Counted from the stretch's first letter, positions 49,724 to 59,911 are shown. The stretch: DNA of 64,000 nucleotides from an uncultured Clostridium sp. (GCA_900553125.1 USCB01000001.1:69088-133087), one strand, 5' to 3'. Notes: a model not told the origin generated them from the sequence alone. A program made the numbers and translations.

Positions 49724-49937
49724 AATAGAAATAAGCTAAATTTCATAATTGAAATATAGCTTATTTTTTTTATTATAAAACTACAACTATTAACAGTAAA
49801 CAATAGGTTCTAGTCTTACTATAACAAAAAAAATATCTAAAATAACAAAAAAAATACATAAAAAAATTGACAAATACATAAAATAATGCTAGAATTTAGA
49901 AGAAATATATTTCAATACATAAAAAAGGAGATGAAAA

Positions 49938-50651
49938 ATGACAAGACAATTTAAAAATAGAGAAGATTTTTTTGATTATCTAATGCACTCATATGTTCGT
50001 GAATTAGAAGAAGTACCAACAAAAAAAGGAATGCAAAAAAGACTAAAAGATAATGAGCTTGAGCAAAGATTAAAAGAAGAAACGAAAAAAAATGTACAAG
50101 CGAAAGATTTATCAGTAGAGCTAAAATTAGGACCCAACTACAATAGGAGTACAAACGTTTGGATACAAATATTTACTCCAGAAAATAGAAGTGGAACCAA
50201 GGGAAGATATGTAGGAATATCATTCGAAAAAGAGAATAATGAAATAGCAATATGGAATGGATTTGGAAGAGGGGGACATAAAAAAAATGAAATTTTAGAA
50301 CTAGCAAAAGAGTATAAACTAAAATATTCATTAATAGAACCAAACCTAAAATACGGATTTGAATATATCGCAAATTGTAATGATGCTATATTCATAATAA
50401 AAAAAATAAAAACAAGTAACTTCAAAGATGCAGAATTTGAAAGAGATATAAACTATATCACGGAATTATATAAAACATATGAGGAAAGATTTGAAAATGC
50501 TGTAATTTCGGTTGAAAATGAAAAAAAAGAAAAAACAATATTACAAAAAAGTTATGAAGAGCTTAATGAAAAAATGTTAACTCTTATAGAAGAAGCTGGA
50601 AATATAGCAAAAGAATTGAAAAAGATGAGAAAGGGTGAAAAAAATAGTTAA
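49938..50651 (+). CDS. protein with McrB-N/DUF3578-like N-terminal region and coiled-coil tail
   Basis: NVWIQIFTPENRSGTKGRYVGISFEKENNEIAIWNGFG resembles the DUF3578 core (W..IFDP......G.Y.VYLF...). The assignment is tentative. Confidence 0.45.
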   Translation: MTRQFKNREDFFDYLMHSYVRELEEVPTKKGMQKRLKDNELEQRLKEETKKNVQAKDLSVELKLGPNYNRSTNVWIQIFTPENRSGTKGRYVGISFEKENNEIAIWNGFGRGGHKKNEILELAKEYKLKYSLIEPNLKYGFEYIANCNDAIFIIKKIKTSNFKDAEFERDINYITELYKTYEERFENAVISVENEKKEKTILQKSYEELNEKMLTLIEEAGNIAKELKKMRKGEKNS

Positions 50652-50830
50652 CAAAAGATTTAAAATAAGAAAGTTCTAAATAATTGGCACTTATTTAGAA
50701 CTCATGAAAATATTTTGTATATATACATATAACAAGCTTATTATAGCATGAAATCGGAAAAAATGCAAAATATATATTGAAATCTTTTGAAAATCCTAAA
50801 AAATAAAAATTGAAAGAAAGGTGATAAAAG

Positions 50831-51052
50831 ATGAAATATATAGTAAGTAAAAATGCACAAACAGGAACAGGAAATCACAAAATACATACTATAGATTGCG
50901 CAAAAAGACCCAAAACAGAAAATGTAATAGACCTAAAAGAATGTCTATGTCCTATAGAGGCAAAAAATAGGGCTAAAGAATATTATAAAAATGTAAATGG
51001 CTGCAAATACTGTTGCAGGCAAATATATTATAAAATTGAAATAAAATTATAA
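50831..51052 (+). CDS. small Cys-rich hypothetical protein
   Basis: 73-aa ORF with an RBS (AAAGGTGA). HKIHTIDC...GCKYCC arrangement. Confidence 0.5.
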   Translation: MKYIVSKNAQTGTGNHKIHTIDCAKRPKTENVIDLKECLCPIEAKNRAKEYYKNVNGCKYCCRQIYYKIEIKL

Positions 51053-51074
51053 AAACACAAAAAGAGGAGATAAA

Positions 51075-51644
51075 ATGAAGTTAGAAGAATTAGCACAGGT
51101 AATGATTGGCATATTAACTAAAAGAGAAATGGATGAAAAAGGAAAAAATAGATATCGTTTATTTTCACTAAAAAACTATGAAGAAAAAAAAGAATATGAA
51201 GAAATAATAGCAAATAAGGAATTAAACAATAAATTAACACAAAAAGGAGATTTGTTATTTCGTTTATTATGTCCAAACAAGATAATACATGTTGATGAAA
51301 AACTAGAAGGAATATTAGTATCATCACAATTTTGTATTATAAGGGTACAAAAAGAAAAAATAGATCCAATTATATTAAAATGGTATTTAGAAAGTCCAAA
51401 GGCAAATGAAGACTTAAATACAAAAACAACAGGTTCTATAATAAAAACAGTACCTGTAGCTAATTTGAAAACTTTAAATATCCCATCAATAGACCCAAAA
51501 GAGCAAGAAAAAATGAAAAGATTAATTTTGCTATGGGAAAAAGAAAAGGAAATCTCAAAGAAAATATTAGAAGAAAAAGAAAAAATGTACAATTCTTATT
51601 TAGAAGAAAAAATAAATAAAAAGGAGAATGATATTGGAATATAA
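51075..51644 (+). CDS. hsdS: half-size type I restriction-modification specificity subunit (single TRD HsdS)
   Basis: 189 aa: one target-recognition-like domain followed by a conserved helical coiled-coil tail (KEQEKMKRLILLWEKEKEISKKILEEKEKMY). Overlaps the methylase start by 17 nt. Confidence 0.65.
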   Translation: MKLEELAQVMIGILTKREMDEKGKNRYRLFSLKNYEEKKEYEEIIANKELNNKLTQKGDLLFRLLCPNKIIHVDEKLEGILVSSQFCIIRVQKEKIDPIILKWYLESPKANEDLNTKTTGSIIKTVPVANLKTLNIPSIDPKEQEKMKRLILLWEKEKEISKKILEEKEKMYNSYLEEKINKKENDIGI

Positions 51645-52977
51645 GGAACCATCAGAAAAAGAAAAACAAAAAAACATAAATAATAAGCTAAAAGAAATTT
51701 GTAACCAATTAAAAAATATACCCAATATTGGTTTAAATTATATTGAATACATGTCAGCACTTATTTATGCACTTTTTGAAACGAAAATAGAAATAAATAT
51801 AAAAGATGAAATAGATACAATGTGGCTAATAAGAGATATAGACAAAGAATTAGATGATATAAGAACAAGAGAAAATTCATACAAGTTGTTTATAAATATA
51901 AGATTAGGAGAAGTAATAGATAGAGAATATTATAGTATTATAAAAGAAATAATAATTAAAATAAATAAGCTTATTATAGAAACAAAAAGAGATAAAAAAA
52001 TCCTAGCAAAAGCATTTGAATATATACTTATGGATGCAGCAGAAAATAATGATTTAAAATTGCAAAATGGCGAGTTCTATACACCAAAGGCTATAATTAA
52101 TACAATGGTAAATTTATTACCAATAAAAGACAATATGGCAATTTATAATCCGGCGTCAGGAAGTGGGGATTTTATAGTAGAAAGTGCAAAAAAAGCTAAA
52201 ATATATGCATTTGGAGAAGAAACCAATATAAATAATTATAATATTTGCATGACAAACCTATGGATACATGATATATATAATAAAAGAATTCAAGAAAATA
52301 TAGGAGAAAATTTTAGATTAGCTGATGTAGCAGTAGGAAATCCACCATTTGCAGGTGATAGCAAAGAAGAAATAAATAAAAATATAGCATTACAGGATAT
52401 ATATTATAAATATGGTATACCAATAACTGCAAGTACATATACAAAATTTCTTGTAATGATGTTAGAAAGCATAAATGACAATGGACAAATGGCTATTATT
52501 TTACCACATGGTTTTTTATTTAAAAAAACAAATGCTGAATGTGAAGTAAGAAAAAAATTAATAAGAAATAATTATATAGAAGCGGTTATAAGTTTGCCTG
52601 AAAAACTTTTTTTCAATACAAAAATTCCAGTTGTTATATTAATAATCAATAAAGCCAAAAGAGAAAGCGATGTTTTATTTATAGATGCAAGTAGAGAATA
52701 TTCAAGTAAGAGAAAAAACAATATTCTAAGTGATAAAAATATAAATAAAATAGTTGAAACATACCGAAAAAAAGAAATAATACAAAATTATTCGTATGTA
52801 GCTAAAATACAAGAAATAGAAAAAAATAACTATGATTTAAATATAAGAAAATATGTAAGATTTCAACAAAAAACAAACCAAATAAATCAAGAAGAAACAA
52901 AAGAAAAAATATATGAATGGGAAAACGAAAAAAGATGTATACAAGATAAAATAAATGAAATATTAAATAACTGGTAA
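51628..52977 (+). CDS. hsdM: N6-adenine DNA methyltransferase, HsdM-like (gamma class)
   Basis: FYTPKAII, motif I YNPASGSGDF, motif IV VGNPPF, and LPHGFLF. Confidence 0.85.
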   Translation: MILEYKEPSEKEKQKNINNKLKEICNQLKNIPNIGLNYIEYMSALIYALFETKIEINIKDEIDTMWLIRDIDKELDDIRTRENSYKLFINIRLGEVIDREYYSIIKEIIIKINKLIIETKRDKKILAKAFEYILMDAAENNDLKLQNGEFYTPKAIINTMVNLLPIKDNMAIYNPASGSGDFIVESAKKAKIYAFGEETNINNYNICMTNLWIHDIYNKRIQENIGENFRLADVAVGNPPFAGDSKEEINKNIALQDIYYKYGIPITASTYTKFLVMMLESINDNGQMAIILPHGFLFKKTNAECEVRKKLIRNNYIEAVISLPEKLFFNTKIPVVILIINKAKRESDVLFIDASREYSSKRKNNILSDKNINKIVETYRKKEIIQNYSYVAKIQEIEKNNYDLNIRKYVRFQQKTNQINQEETKEKIYEWENEKRCIQDKINEILNNW

Positions 52978-52978
52978 A

Positions 52979-53014
52979 AAGCTTAATGTATCATTTTAGT
53001 GATACATTAAGCTT
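52979..53014. terminator. bidirectional terminator
   Basis: 15-bp perfect arms AAGCTTAATGTATCA / TGATACATTAAGCTT. Overlaps the 3' end of the minus-strand pseudouridine synthase gene. Confidence 0.75.
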
Positions 53015-53857
53015 AAATTCTCTACCATTTAAATAATTTAGTTTTTGGCTGTCATTTTTAAATACAAATTTTAATTTATAACTGATTAGTTTTTGAGTTT
53101 TCACATTAAACTTTTTATTTACTGAATTGATTCCATATTTACCATCACCAATAATAGGAAAACCGATATGAGCCAAATGTGCACGAATTTGATGAGTTCT
53201 ACCAGTTTCAATTTCAACATCTAAAAGTGAAGTATTATTATCAAAATATTCTAATAAAGAATATGAAGTAATAATCTTTTGGTAGCCCTTCTTAGGAACA
53301 TCAGAAATATAAACCAAAGATTTAGAGCTATCTTTAAAAAGGTAAGAAATCAATTTTTCACTTTTTTTAGGAGGAATACCATATACTAAAGCCATATAGT
53401 GTTTTTCAATTTCGTGATTTTTAAATTTGTTTATCAAAATGTTTAAAGATTCTTCATTTTTAGCAAAAAGAATCAGACCAGTAGTATTTCTATCTAATCT
53501 ATGACATGGCATAGGCTTAAATTCACTGTATGAGTACAAGTTGTGGATAACTTCAGTTAAACTTTGCGAACCTGTAACCTCTATATTAGAGGGTTTGTTA
53601 ATTAGTAAAATATTATCATCTTCATATATAATATCTAAATTAAAGTTATATTCTAATAAATTATCAGCAATATAAACTAAAATTTCATCGTTTTCAAAAA
53701 CAGTAATATTTTCAGAAACTCTTTTACCATTTACCTTAATATCTTTTTTTCTTAAAGTTTTGTAAAAAAGACTGTTTGAAAGGTTGAAAATATTATCTTT
53801 TAAAAATTTATCTAATTTTTTATTATTATATTTTTTGTTTACAACTAATTTTTTCAT
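52991..53857 (-). CDS. RluA-family pseudouridine synthase with S4-like N-terminus
   Basis: HRLDRNTTGLILFAKN catalytic motif and GRTHQIRAHLA. The likely start is MKKLVVNKKY (53857); the upstream hydrophobic extension to 53929 is probably not translated. Confidence 0.85.
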   Translation of the reverse strand: MKKLVVNKKYNNKKLDKFLKDNIFNLSNSLFYKTLRKKDIKVNGKRVSENITVFENDEILVYIADNLLEYNFNLDIIYEDDNILLINKPSNIEVTGSQSLTEVIHNLYSYSEFKPMPCHRLDRNTTGLILFAKNEESLNILINKFKNHEIEKHYMALVYGIPPKKSEKLISYLFKDSSKSLVYISDVPKKGYQKIITSYSLLEYFDNNTSLLDVEIETGRTHQIRAHLAHIGFPIIGDGKYGINSVNKKFNVKTQKLISYKLKFVFKNDSQKLNYLNGREFKLNVSLK

Positions 53858-54019
53858 ACTTGATATTATAAGACATATATTATTAAATATCAATAATATG
53901 TTGGCAATTACAATAAAAAATATTGACAATTCCCAATGATTTGTATATTATTAAATTAGTACAGAAAAATCGACAAAAAGCACAATCAATATAAAACAAA
54001 AGATAAAGGGGGTGGAAAT

Positions 54020-54916
54020 ATGAAAAAGAAAATAATTAAATTAGTTAAAGTAGTACTAATAGTTAGTTTGCTTATAAATGTTAAACTAGGACTTAAAGTT
54101 CAAGCAGATGTTGGAGGAATTCAAAGATATGACAGTTCAAGTTCATCAAGTAGTTATAGCTCAAGCTCATCAGGAAGTTATAGTTCAAGTGACTATGATT
54201 GGGGCACACACTCATCATCGGGTTCATACTCATCATCAGGAAGTTTTACACTACCAGAAATGATAATTTTTTTGGTTGTAGTAGGAATAGTTATATATGT
54301 AACGATGAAACAGAATGGTGATACAAAAAGCGACATAAGCACAAAAGACAATACAAAACAAGTCGCAACTCAAATAAGACAAATAGACCCAATGTTTTCA
54401 GAAGATAATTTCCTAGCATGGACAAAAGAAGTATTTATAAAATTACAAACTGCATGGACCAAAAAAGATTGGTCAATAATACGACCATTTGAATCAAACG
54501 AACTATTTGAGCAACATAATTCACAGTTACAAGAATTCATAGAAAGAGGAAGAACTAATATTGTAGAAAGAATTAATGTAACATCTGCAACATTATATAG
54601 TTTTAAACAAGATGGAGATAAAGAAACCTTAAAAGTAACTTTAAAAGCAGTTATGAGAGATTATATAATAGATGATTCAACAAAAAGAGTATTAGAAGGA
54701 AATCCAAATGTAGACCAATATATGACTTATAGATTAACATTTATTAGAAAAGCAGGAGTAAAAACAAAACCAGGAACAAACAGCAAATCCACAACAAACT
54801 GTCCAAATTGTGGGGCACCTACTCAAATTACATCTGCAGGTAAATGCGAATATTGTGGAAGTGTTATAACAACAGGAGAACACGATTGGGTTCTATCAAA
54901 TTTAGAAGGAGTATAG
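54020..54916 (+). CDS. Tim44-like domain membrane protein with Ser-rich linker and C-terminal zinc ribbon
   Basis: Signal/TM segment, poly-Ser low complexity, second TM, Tim44-like core (FSEDNFLAWTKEVFIKLQTAWTKKDW). CPNCGAP...CEYCGS. Confidence 0.7.
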   Translation: MKKKIIKLVKVVLIVSLLINVKLGLKVQADVGGIQRYDSSSSSSSYSSSSSGSYSSSDYDWGTHSSSGSYSSSGSFTLPEMIIFLVVVGIVIYVTMKQNGDTKSDISTKDNTKQVATQIRQIDPMFSEDNFLAWTKEVFIKLQTAWTKKDWSIIRPFESNELFEQHNSQLQEFIERGRTNIVERINVTSATLYSFKQDGDKETLKVTLKAVMRDYIIDDSTKRVLEGNPNVDQYMTYRLTFIRKAGVKTKPGTNSKSTTNCPNCGAPTQITSAGKCEYCGSVITTGEHDWVLSNLEGV

Positions 54917-54946
54917 ATATTTAAATATCAAAAATAGGAGGAAAAT

Positions 54947-56149
54947 ATGGGATTAATAAAAGCAACTATAGGAGCAGTTGGCTCAACTTTAAAAGACCAA
55001 TGGAAAGAGGCTATAAGATGTGAAGAAATGACAAATGATATTTTGATGGTAAAGAAAACAACACCAACAAGAGTAATATCAAATGGAAGTACAATAATTG
55101 TAGCACCAGGTCAATGTGCGATCATATATGACAACGGAAGAGTAATTGATGCAACAGCAGAAGAGGGAGCATATACATTTGATTCTTCATCAACACCATC
55201 ATTCTTTGCAGGAAATTTTGGTGGAGTTTTTAAAGAAATGTGGCAAAGATTTACATATAATGGAGCAACATCAAAAGAACAAGCAGTGTATTTCTTTAAT
55301 ATGAAGGAAATAATGGATAACAAATTTGGAACACCTGCACCAGTGCCATTTCAAGATTGGTCACACCCAATTCCAAATCAGATGACAGGGACAATAACAC
55401 CTCTAAGAGTGGAAGTAAAATGCTTTGGAAAATATACTTTCAAAATTGAAAATCCAGCTATATTTATGAATGAAATTGCTGGAACAGCTGAGGTATACAA
55501 AAAAAGTGATTTAACAGAACAAATAAGGTCAGAAGTAATAGGCACATTTCAAAATATACTAAATGAATTAGGAAATTCTGAACATAAAGTACCTGTTTTA
55601 GAGTTACCAAGTCAGACTGATGAAATAAAACAAATAATGGATCGAAACGTATTTGATGAACCAATACGTAGAAGAGGAATTTGTTTGGTTGGATTTATAG
55701 TAGAATCAGTGACACTAGATGAAGAATCAGAAAAGAAAATTGATAATTACGAACTTAGCAGCAATGCATATATGCAACAAGGAACACTTACAGGAGCATA
55801 TGCAAATGCCGTGCAAGATGCGGCTAAAAATAGTAATGGAGCCATGAATGGATTTATGGGAATTGGAATGATGAATATGGCAAGTAATGGAATTACAGGA
55901 GGAGCAACAACAGGACCATGGCAACAAACACAGGATAAAGATTTTAAAGTTAATTCTGTAACAACTACAGAAAATCAAATAAAATTAAGTACTGCAAATG
56001 AATGGATATGTGAATGTGGAACTAAAAATACTGGAAAATTTTGTAGCAATTGTGGAAAAAAACATGAAACAAACAAGGTTTGTCCTAAATGTGGAAATAT
56101 AAATGAACCTACAAGCAATTTTTGCAATGAATGTGGAGAAAGATTATAA
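54947..56149 (+). CDS. SPFH-domain protein of the YdjI / virion-core-like family with C-terminal double zinc ribbon
   Basis: MGLIKATIGAVGSTLKDQWKE N-terminus typical of the family. The C-terminus carries CECGTKNTGKFCSNCG and CPKCGNINEPTSNFCNECG. Confidence 0.75.
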   Translation: MGLIKATIGAVGSTLKDQWKEAIRCEEMTNDILMVKKTTPTRVISNGSTIIVAPGQCAIIYDNGRVIDATAEEGAYTFDSSSTPSFFAGNFGGVFKEMWQRFTYNGATSKEQAVYFFNMKEIMDNKFGTPAPVPFQDWSHPIPNQMTGTITPLRVEVKCFGKYTFKIENPAIFMNEIAGTAEVYKKSDLTEQIRSEVIGTFQNILNELGNSEHKVPVLELPSQTDEIKQIMDRNVFDEPIRRRGICLVGFIVESVTLDEESEKKIDNYELSSNAYMQQGTLTGAYANAVQDAAKNSNGAMNGFMGIGMMNMASNGITGGATTGPWQQTQDKDFKVNSVTTTENQIKLSTANEWICECGTKNTGKFCSNCGKKHETNKVCPKCGNINEPTSNFCNECGERL

Positions 56150-56255
56150 CAATAAAAGAGCGAAATGTTAGTAGTTGAGGTGGAATAATGTGAAGTTTTT
56201 CTGCCTCAATCTTTTTTCCATTTGGTGATATAAAATAAATGAGGAGAAAATGAAG

Positions 56256-56723
56256 ATGAATAAACAAAAAATAATGAAACAAGCAAAACAAAATGCTGAC
56301 AATGGAATAAGGCAAAAAGAAGGCGGACCATTTGGTGCAGTAATAACAGACAAAGAAGGAAATATAATTTCGAACGGAAATAACCAAGTATTAAAACAAA
56401 AAGACCCAACAGCACATGCAGAAATGGTAGCAATAAGAAATGCCTGTAAAAAATTAGACAAATATGATTTATCAGATTACATATTATATACATCATGTGA
56501 ACCTTGTCCAATGTGCTTATCGGCTATAATTTGGGCAAATATAAAAGAAGTATATTATGGATGCACAAAAGAGGATGCTGGAAATATAGGATTTAGAGAT
56601 GATGTAATATATGATTATTTGAAAGGAAAAAATAAAGACCTAATAAATTTGAAACAAATAGATAGAGAAGAATGTATAAAAACATTTGAAGAATATAAAA
56701 GACAAAATGGAATTATATATTGA
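56256..56723 (+). CDS. CMP/dCMP-type zinc deaminase (guanine/nucleoside deaminase-like)
   Basis: HAEMVAIRNA and PCPMC zinc motifs. About 155 aa, like GuaD-type enzymes. Start is ATG 56250 or 56256. Confidence 0.85.
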   Translation: MNKQKIMKQAKQNADNGIRQKEGGPFGAVITDKEGNIISNGNNQVLKQKDPTAHAEMVAIRNACKKLDKYDLSDYILYTSCEPCPMCLSAIIWANIKEVYYGCTKEDAGNIGFRDDVIYDYLKGKNKDLINLKQIDREECIKTFEEYKRQNGIIY

Positions 56724-56724
56724 A

Positions 56725-56764
56725 AAATAGCCCAAAATTGTAAAAACAAGTTTGGGCTATTTTT
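56725..56764. terminator. bidirectional terminator
   Basis: 12-bp stem AAATAGCCCAAA / TTTGGGCTATTT. Confidence 0.75.
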
Positions 56765-58127
56765 ATAAGTTACAATATGATTTTATACTATCTGATATAG
56801 CATCTATATATCCATTCATATTATTAATAATATTATTTAAATCATTTTCAATAGACATATAGCCTAAATTAATAATATAAGTTTCAATTCCTGAATTTGA
56901 ATTATAGTACTTATTAGTACCAAATTTAGTATTTCTACCATCAACAAAAGCATTAGTGGAAATTCCACCGGTTTCTCTAATAATATAAAAATAAGGAGTA
57001 GTCAAAGTAATATTATATGGTTCATATTTACCTCTGATAGCATTAGATTTGAATGCAAGAATATCACTATTTGTAAAATTACGAACATATACTCCATCAG
57101 ATTTTTTGAATTGATTATTTTCTGAGTAATATAATCCAGATTTATTTACTAAATTTTCTGCAAGATGGCTTGCAAAATCTAAATTACAATTACCTGGAGA
57201 ATATACTTCAATACCACCGTTTTTCTTATCATAAGAGGTTCCATTAATTTGAAGAGATATTAAAAGTTTAGCATGAGTAGCATTTAAAATATTAATTCTT
57301 CCATTTTCATCATACATATTATTAGCAGTATCTTCTTTATCTGAAGAATTTTCATCTCTTGAAATAAAAACCTTTAACCCCAAATTTTCGAGTTTAGATT
57401 TCAATTTTAAACCATAATTTAAAACTAATTCTGATTCTGTATAATCACCAGATGAAGACCCCTTATCAAGTCCGTCATGAGATGGGTCAATTGCAATATC
57501 ATATACATCATCAGGTAAATTTGTTTCTTTATTTACCGATATAGACATGTAATTTATGTCATTATAAGTATTAAAAGAAATATTTATTTTATTGTTACTA
57601 TTATTTTTAGTAATTGTATAATATGTAATATCATCATATTCTGAGTCATTAGATAATGAATAATATTTAACATCACTATTAGAATAGGTGATTTTTATCA
57701 AAAGATAATATGTATCTATTGATAAATTTTCCAAATCTATACCATTATTTATTTCATCAGAAGTAGAAAATGAACATACATTATCTGAATAATTAAAATT
57801 TGCCTTTATACTATTTTCATTGCCATTTAGATTTCTTATTACTAAATCAACATAATTTATTTTGATACCTGAAACTTTAATAATATCAATAGTTCCATCT
57901 AAATTAAAATGAGTTCCATAGGTTGCAAATTTTGTGATTTTCGCATTTGTATTTTTTTCAATAGTACTAAAAAGTTGTGTTTTTTGTTCTTCAGCAATTT
58001 TAGTTGGATTAGTATCTGTATGAAATTTTATGAATATTAGAATAATCATTAAGATTATAAAGAGAATTACTATATTTTTTATATAAAATTCTTTAGGTTT
58101 TGATAGATTTAGTTTCAATAAAATCAC
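56763..58127 (-). CDS. N-acetylmuramoyl-L-alanine amidase (Amidase_3) with N-terminal membrane anchor
   Basis: IAIDPSHDG...ESELVL..GLKLK..LE..G..V..SRD and ...IIRETGG... motifs. The start may be TTG 58118 rather than GTG 58127. A TTGACA-17-TATATT promoter lies at about 58147-58175 (minus strand). Confidence 0.85.
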   Translation of the reverse strand: MILLKLNLSKPKEFYIKNIVILFIILMIILIFIKFHTDTNPTKIAEEQKTQLFSTIEKNTNAKITKFATYGTHFNLDGTIDIIKVSGIKINYVDLVIRNLNGNENSIKANFNYSDNVCSFSTSDEINNGIDLENLSIDTYYLLIKITYSNSDVKYYSLSNDSEYDDITYYTITKNNSNNKINISFNTYNDINYMSISVNKETNLPDDVYDIAIDPSHDGLDKGSSSGDYTESELVLNYGLKLKSKLENLGLKVFISRDENSSDKEDTANNMYDENGRINILNATHAKLLISLQINGTSYDKKNGGIEVYSPGNCNLDFASHLAENLVNKSGLYYSENNQFKKSDGVYVRNFTNSDILAFKSNAIRGKYEPYNITLTTPYFYIIRETGGISTNAFVDGRNTKFGTNKYYNSNSGIETYIINLGYMSIENDLNNIINNMNGYIDAISDSIKSYCNL

Positions 58128-58180
58128 CTCATGTTACATTTTTTTAAAATATATAAGAAAAATGTAAATATGTCAAGAAA

Positions 58181-58537
58181 TTACTCGATTTCTGTCAATT
58201 TTAGATTATATTTATCTTCAAAAACCTTCTTTTTAGCAATATATTCTTTAGTCTTAAATCCCTTAACATCAATAACATCATAGGTTCCATCATTATTAAA
58301 TACAATAAAGTCAGCTTTGTATTTTAAGCCAGGTGCAAGAATGAATGTTGGTTGCAGACAAAAACCTTTTATATCGTTACATTTTAACCTTAATTTTAAA
58401 TCATTGTAATAATTTGCTTCTTTTAAACTATCAAATGTATGACCATCTACAGAAGTTTTATATGACCTGTATTTGGCTTTTTTTGATGTTTTTTTACCTG
58501 TGTAATTTTTATAATCTTCTATGCTCCAGTGTTCCAT
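58181..58537 (-). CDS. DUF1064-family protein (phage-associated PD-(D/E)XK-like)
   Basis: SVDGHTFDSLKEANYYNDLKL...LQP.F......YKADF.V....G...VIDVKG pattern. The start is taken at MEHWS (58537); the track extension to 58600 only translates the palindromic repeat. Confidence 0.6.
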   Translation of the reverse strand: MEHWSIEDYKNYTGKKTSKKAKYRSYKTSVDGHTFDSLKEANYYNDLKLRLKCNDIKGFCLQPTFILAPGLKYKADFIVFNNDGTYDVIDVKGFKTKEYIAKKKVFEDKYNLKLTEIE

Positions 58538-58560
58538 AATTTTTATCCTTTCTTTTTTTG

Positions 58561-58602
58561 GATTGGGGACGGTTCTTTTCGCGAAAAGAACCGTCCCCAA
58601 TC
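58561..58602. repeat. GC-rich palindromic element (perfect 42-nt palindrome)
   Basis: GATTGGGGACGGTTCTTTTCG|CGAAAAGAACCGTCCCCAATC, in the divergent region between the DUF1064 gene and rubrerythrin. Confidence 0.8.
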
Positions 58603-58731
58603 AGAAAAAATGTCCCTTACAAACAAATATTTTACTAAAACCTTCCAAATATGTCAATAAATAATCAAAAATAAAGCTTGTAAAAAACAAAAAATGTGAT
58701 ATAATAAGAAAAAATTTAGGAGGTACCAAAA

Positions 58732-59265
58732 ATGGATTTAAAAGGAACAAAAACAGAAGCTAATTTAAAGGCAGCATTTGCAGGAGAATCGCAAGCAAGA
58801 AATAAATATACTTATTTTGCAAGTCAAGCAAAAAAAGATGGATATGAACAAATAGCAGCAATATTTGAAGAAACTGCTCAAAATGAAAAAGAACATGCAA
58901 AAATGTGGTTTAAAGAGTTAAATGGAATTGGTAGCACTGCTGAAAACCTAAAAGCAGCAGCTGATGGAGAAAACTATGAATGGACAGACATGTATGACGA
59001 ATTTGCTAAAGTTGCTAAAGAAGAGGGATTTGACAGAATTGCATATCTTTTTGAAGCAGTTGGAAAAATAGAAAAAGAACATGAAGAAAGATTTAAGAAA
59101 TTATTAGAAAATGTTGAAGAAAGAAAAGTTTTCGAAGCAGGAGAAGTTAAAATTTGGAAATGTAGAAACTGTGGTCATATTGTTGTTGGTACAAAAGCAC
59201 CAGAAATTTGTCCAGTTTGCAGTCACCCACAAGCTTACTTTGAAATTAAAGCTGAAAATTATTAA
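58732..59265 (+). CDS. rbr: rubrerythrin
   Basis: Diiron ferritin-like EXXH motifs ([18 protein letters not shown]) and a C-terminal rubredoxin CRNCGH...CPVCSHP. Confidence 0.93.
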   Translation: MDLKGTKTEANLKAAFAGESQARNKYTYFASQAKKDGYEQIAAIFEETAQNEKEHAKMWFKELNGIGSTAENLKAAADGENYEWTDMYDEFAKVAKEEGFDRIAYLFEAVGKIEKEHEERFKKLLENVEERKVFEAGEVKIWKCRNCGHIVVGTKAPEICPVCSHPQAYFEIKAENY

Positions 59266-59327
59266 TATATTTACATCCTTGGAAATCAGTTGGTTTCTAA
59301 GGATTTTTGTAATAGAAGGAGAAAAAA

Positions 59328-59861
59328 ATGAAAATATTAATAGGAACAAAAAATCCGGGAAAAATGCAAGGGGCAAAAGAGGCATTTGAGAAATATTTTG
59401 AGGATGTTGAAATAGAAGGAATACCAGTAAATTCAGATGTAAATGCACAACCTTTAAACAAAGAAATATTTCAAGGTGCACAAAATAGAGTTGCAAATTT
59501 GAAAAGATATGCAAAAGAAAATAATATGAGTGCGGACTTTTATGTAGCAAGTGAGGGTGGAATTCAAAATTTACTATGTTATGAATGGATTGATTTTAAC
59601 GCAGTTGTCATAGAAGATAAAAACGGAACAGTAAGCTATGGAATGAGCCAAGGTTTTCCAATTCCTGATAAATACATAGAAGAAATTAAAGAAAACGAAT
59701 TAGGAAGTGTTATGGATAGACTTTTTGAAGGACATGATTTAGGAAAAGGAAAAGGTGGAATTGGTTTATTGACTCATGGAGAGTTATCCAGAATTGATTT
59801 AACTAGAAATGCTTTTATTATGGCTTTAACGAAATATATTAATGGGGATATATGGAGATAA
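59328..59861 (+). CDS. inosine/xanthosine triphosphatase (YjjX/DUF84 family)
   Basis: MKILIGTKNPGKMQGAKEAF N-terminus and SEGG motif typical of the family. Confidence 0.8.
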   Translation: MKILIGTKNPGKMQGAKEAFEKYFEDVEIEGIPVNSDVNAQPLNKEIFQGAQNRVANLKRYAKENNMSADFYVASEGGIQNLLCYEWIDFNAVVIEDKNGTVSYGMSQGFPIPDKYIEEIKENELGSVMDRLFEGHDLGKGKGGIGLLTHGELSRIDLTRNAFIMALTKYINGDIWR

Positions 59862-59911
59862 ATGCACAACGTAGAATAAAAAAATAGTAATATAAAAATC
59901 TAATCAAAGCA

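Noticed and set aside
58538-58600. N-terminal extension MGTVLFAKRTVPNPKKERIKI of the DUF1064 ORF.
   Set aside because: This stretch is the translated palindromic element. An internal ATG (58537) gives the conserved family N-terminus.
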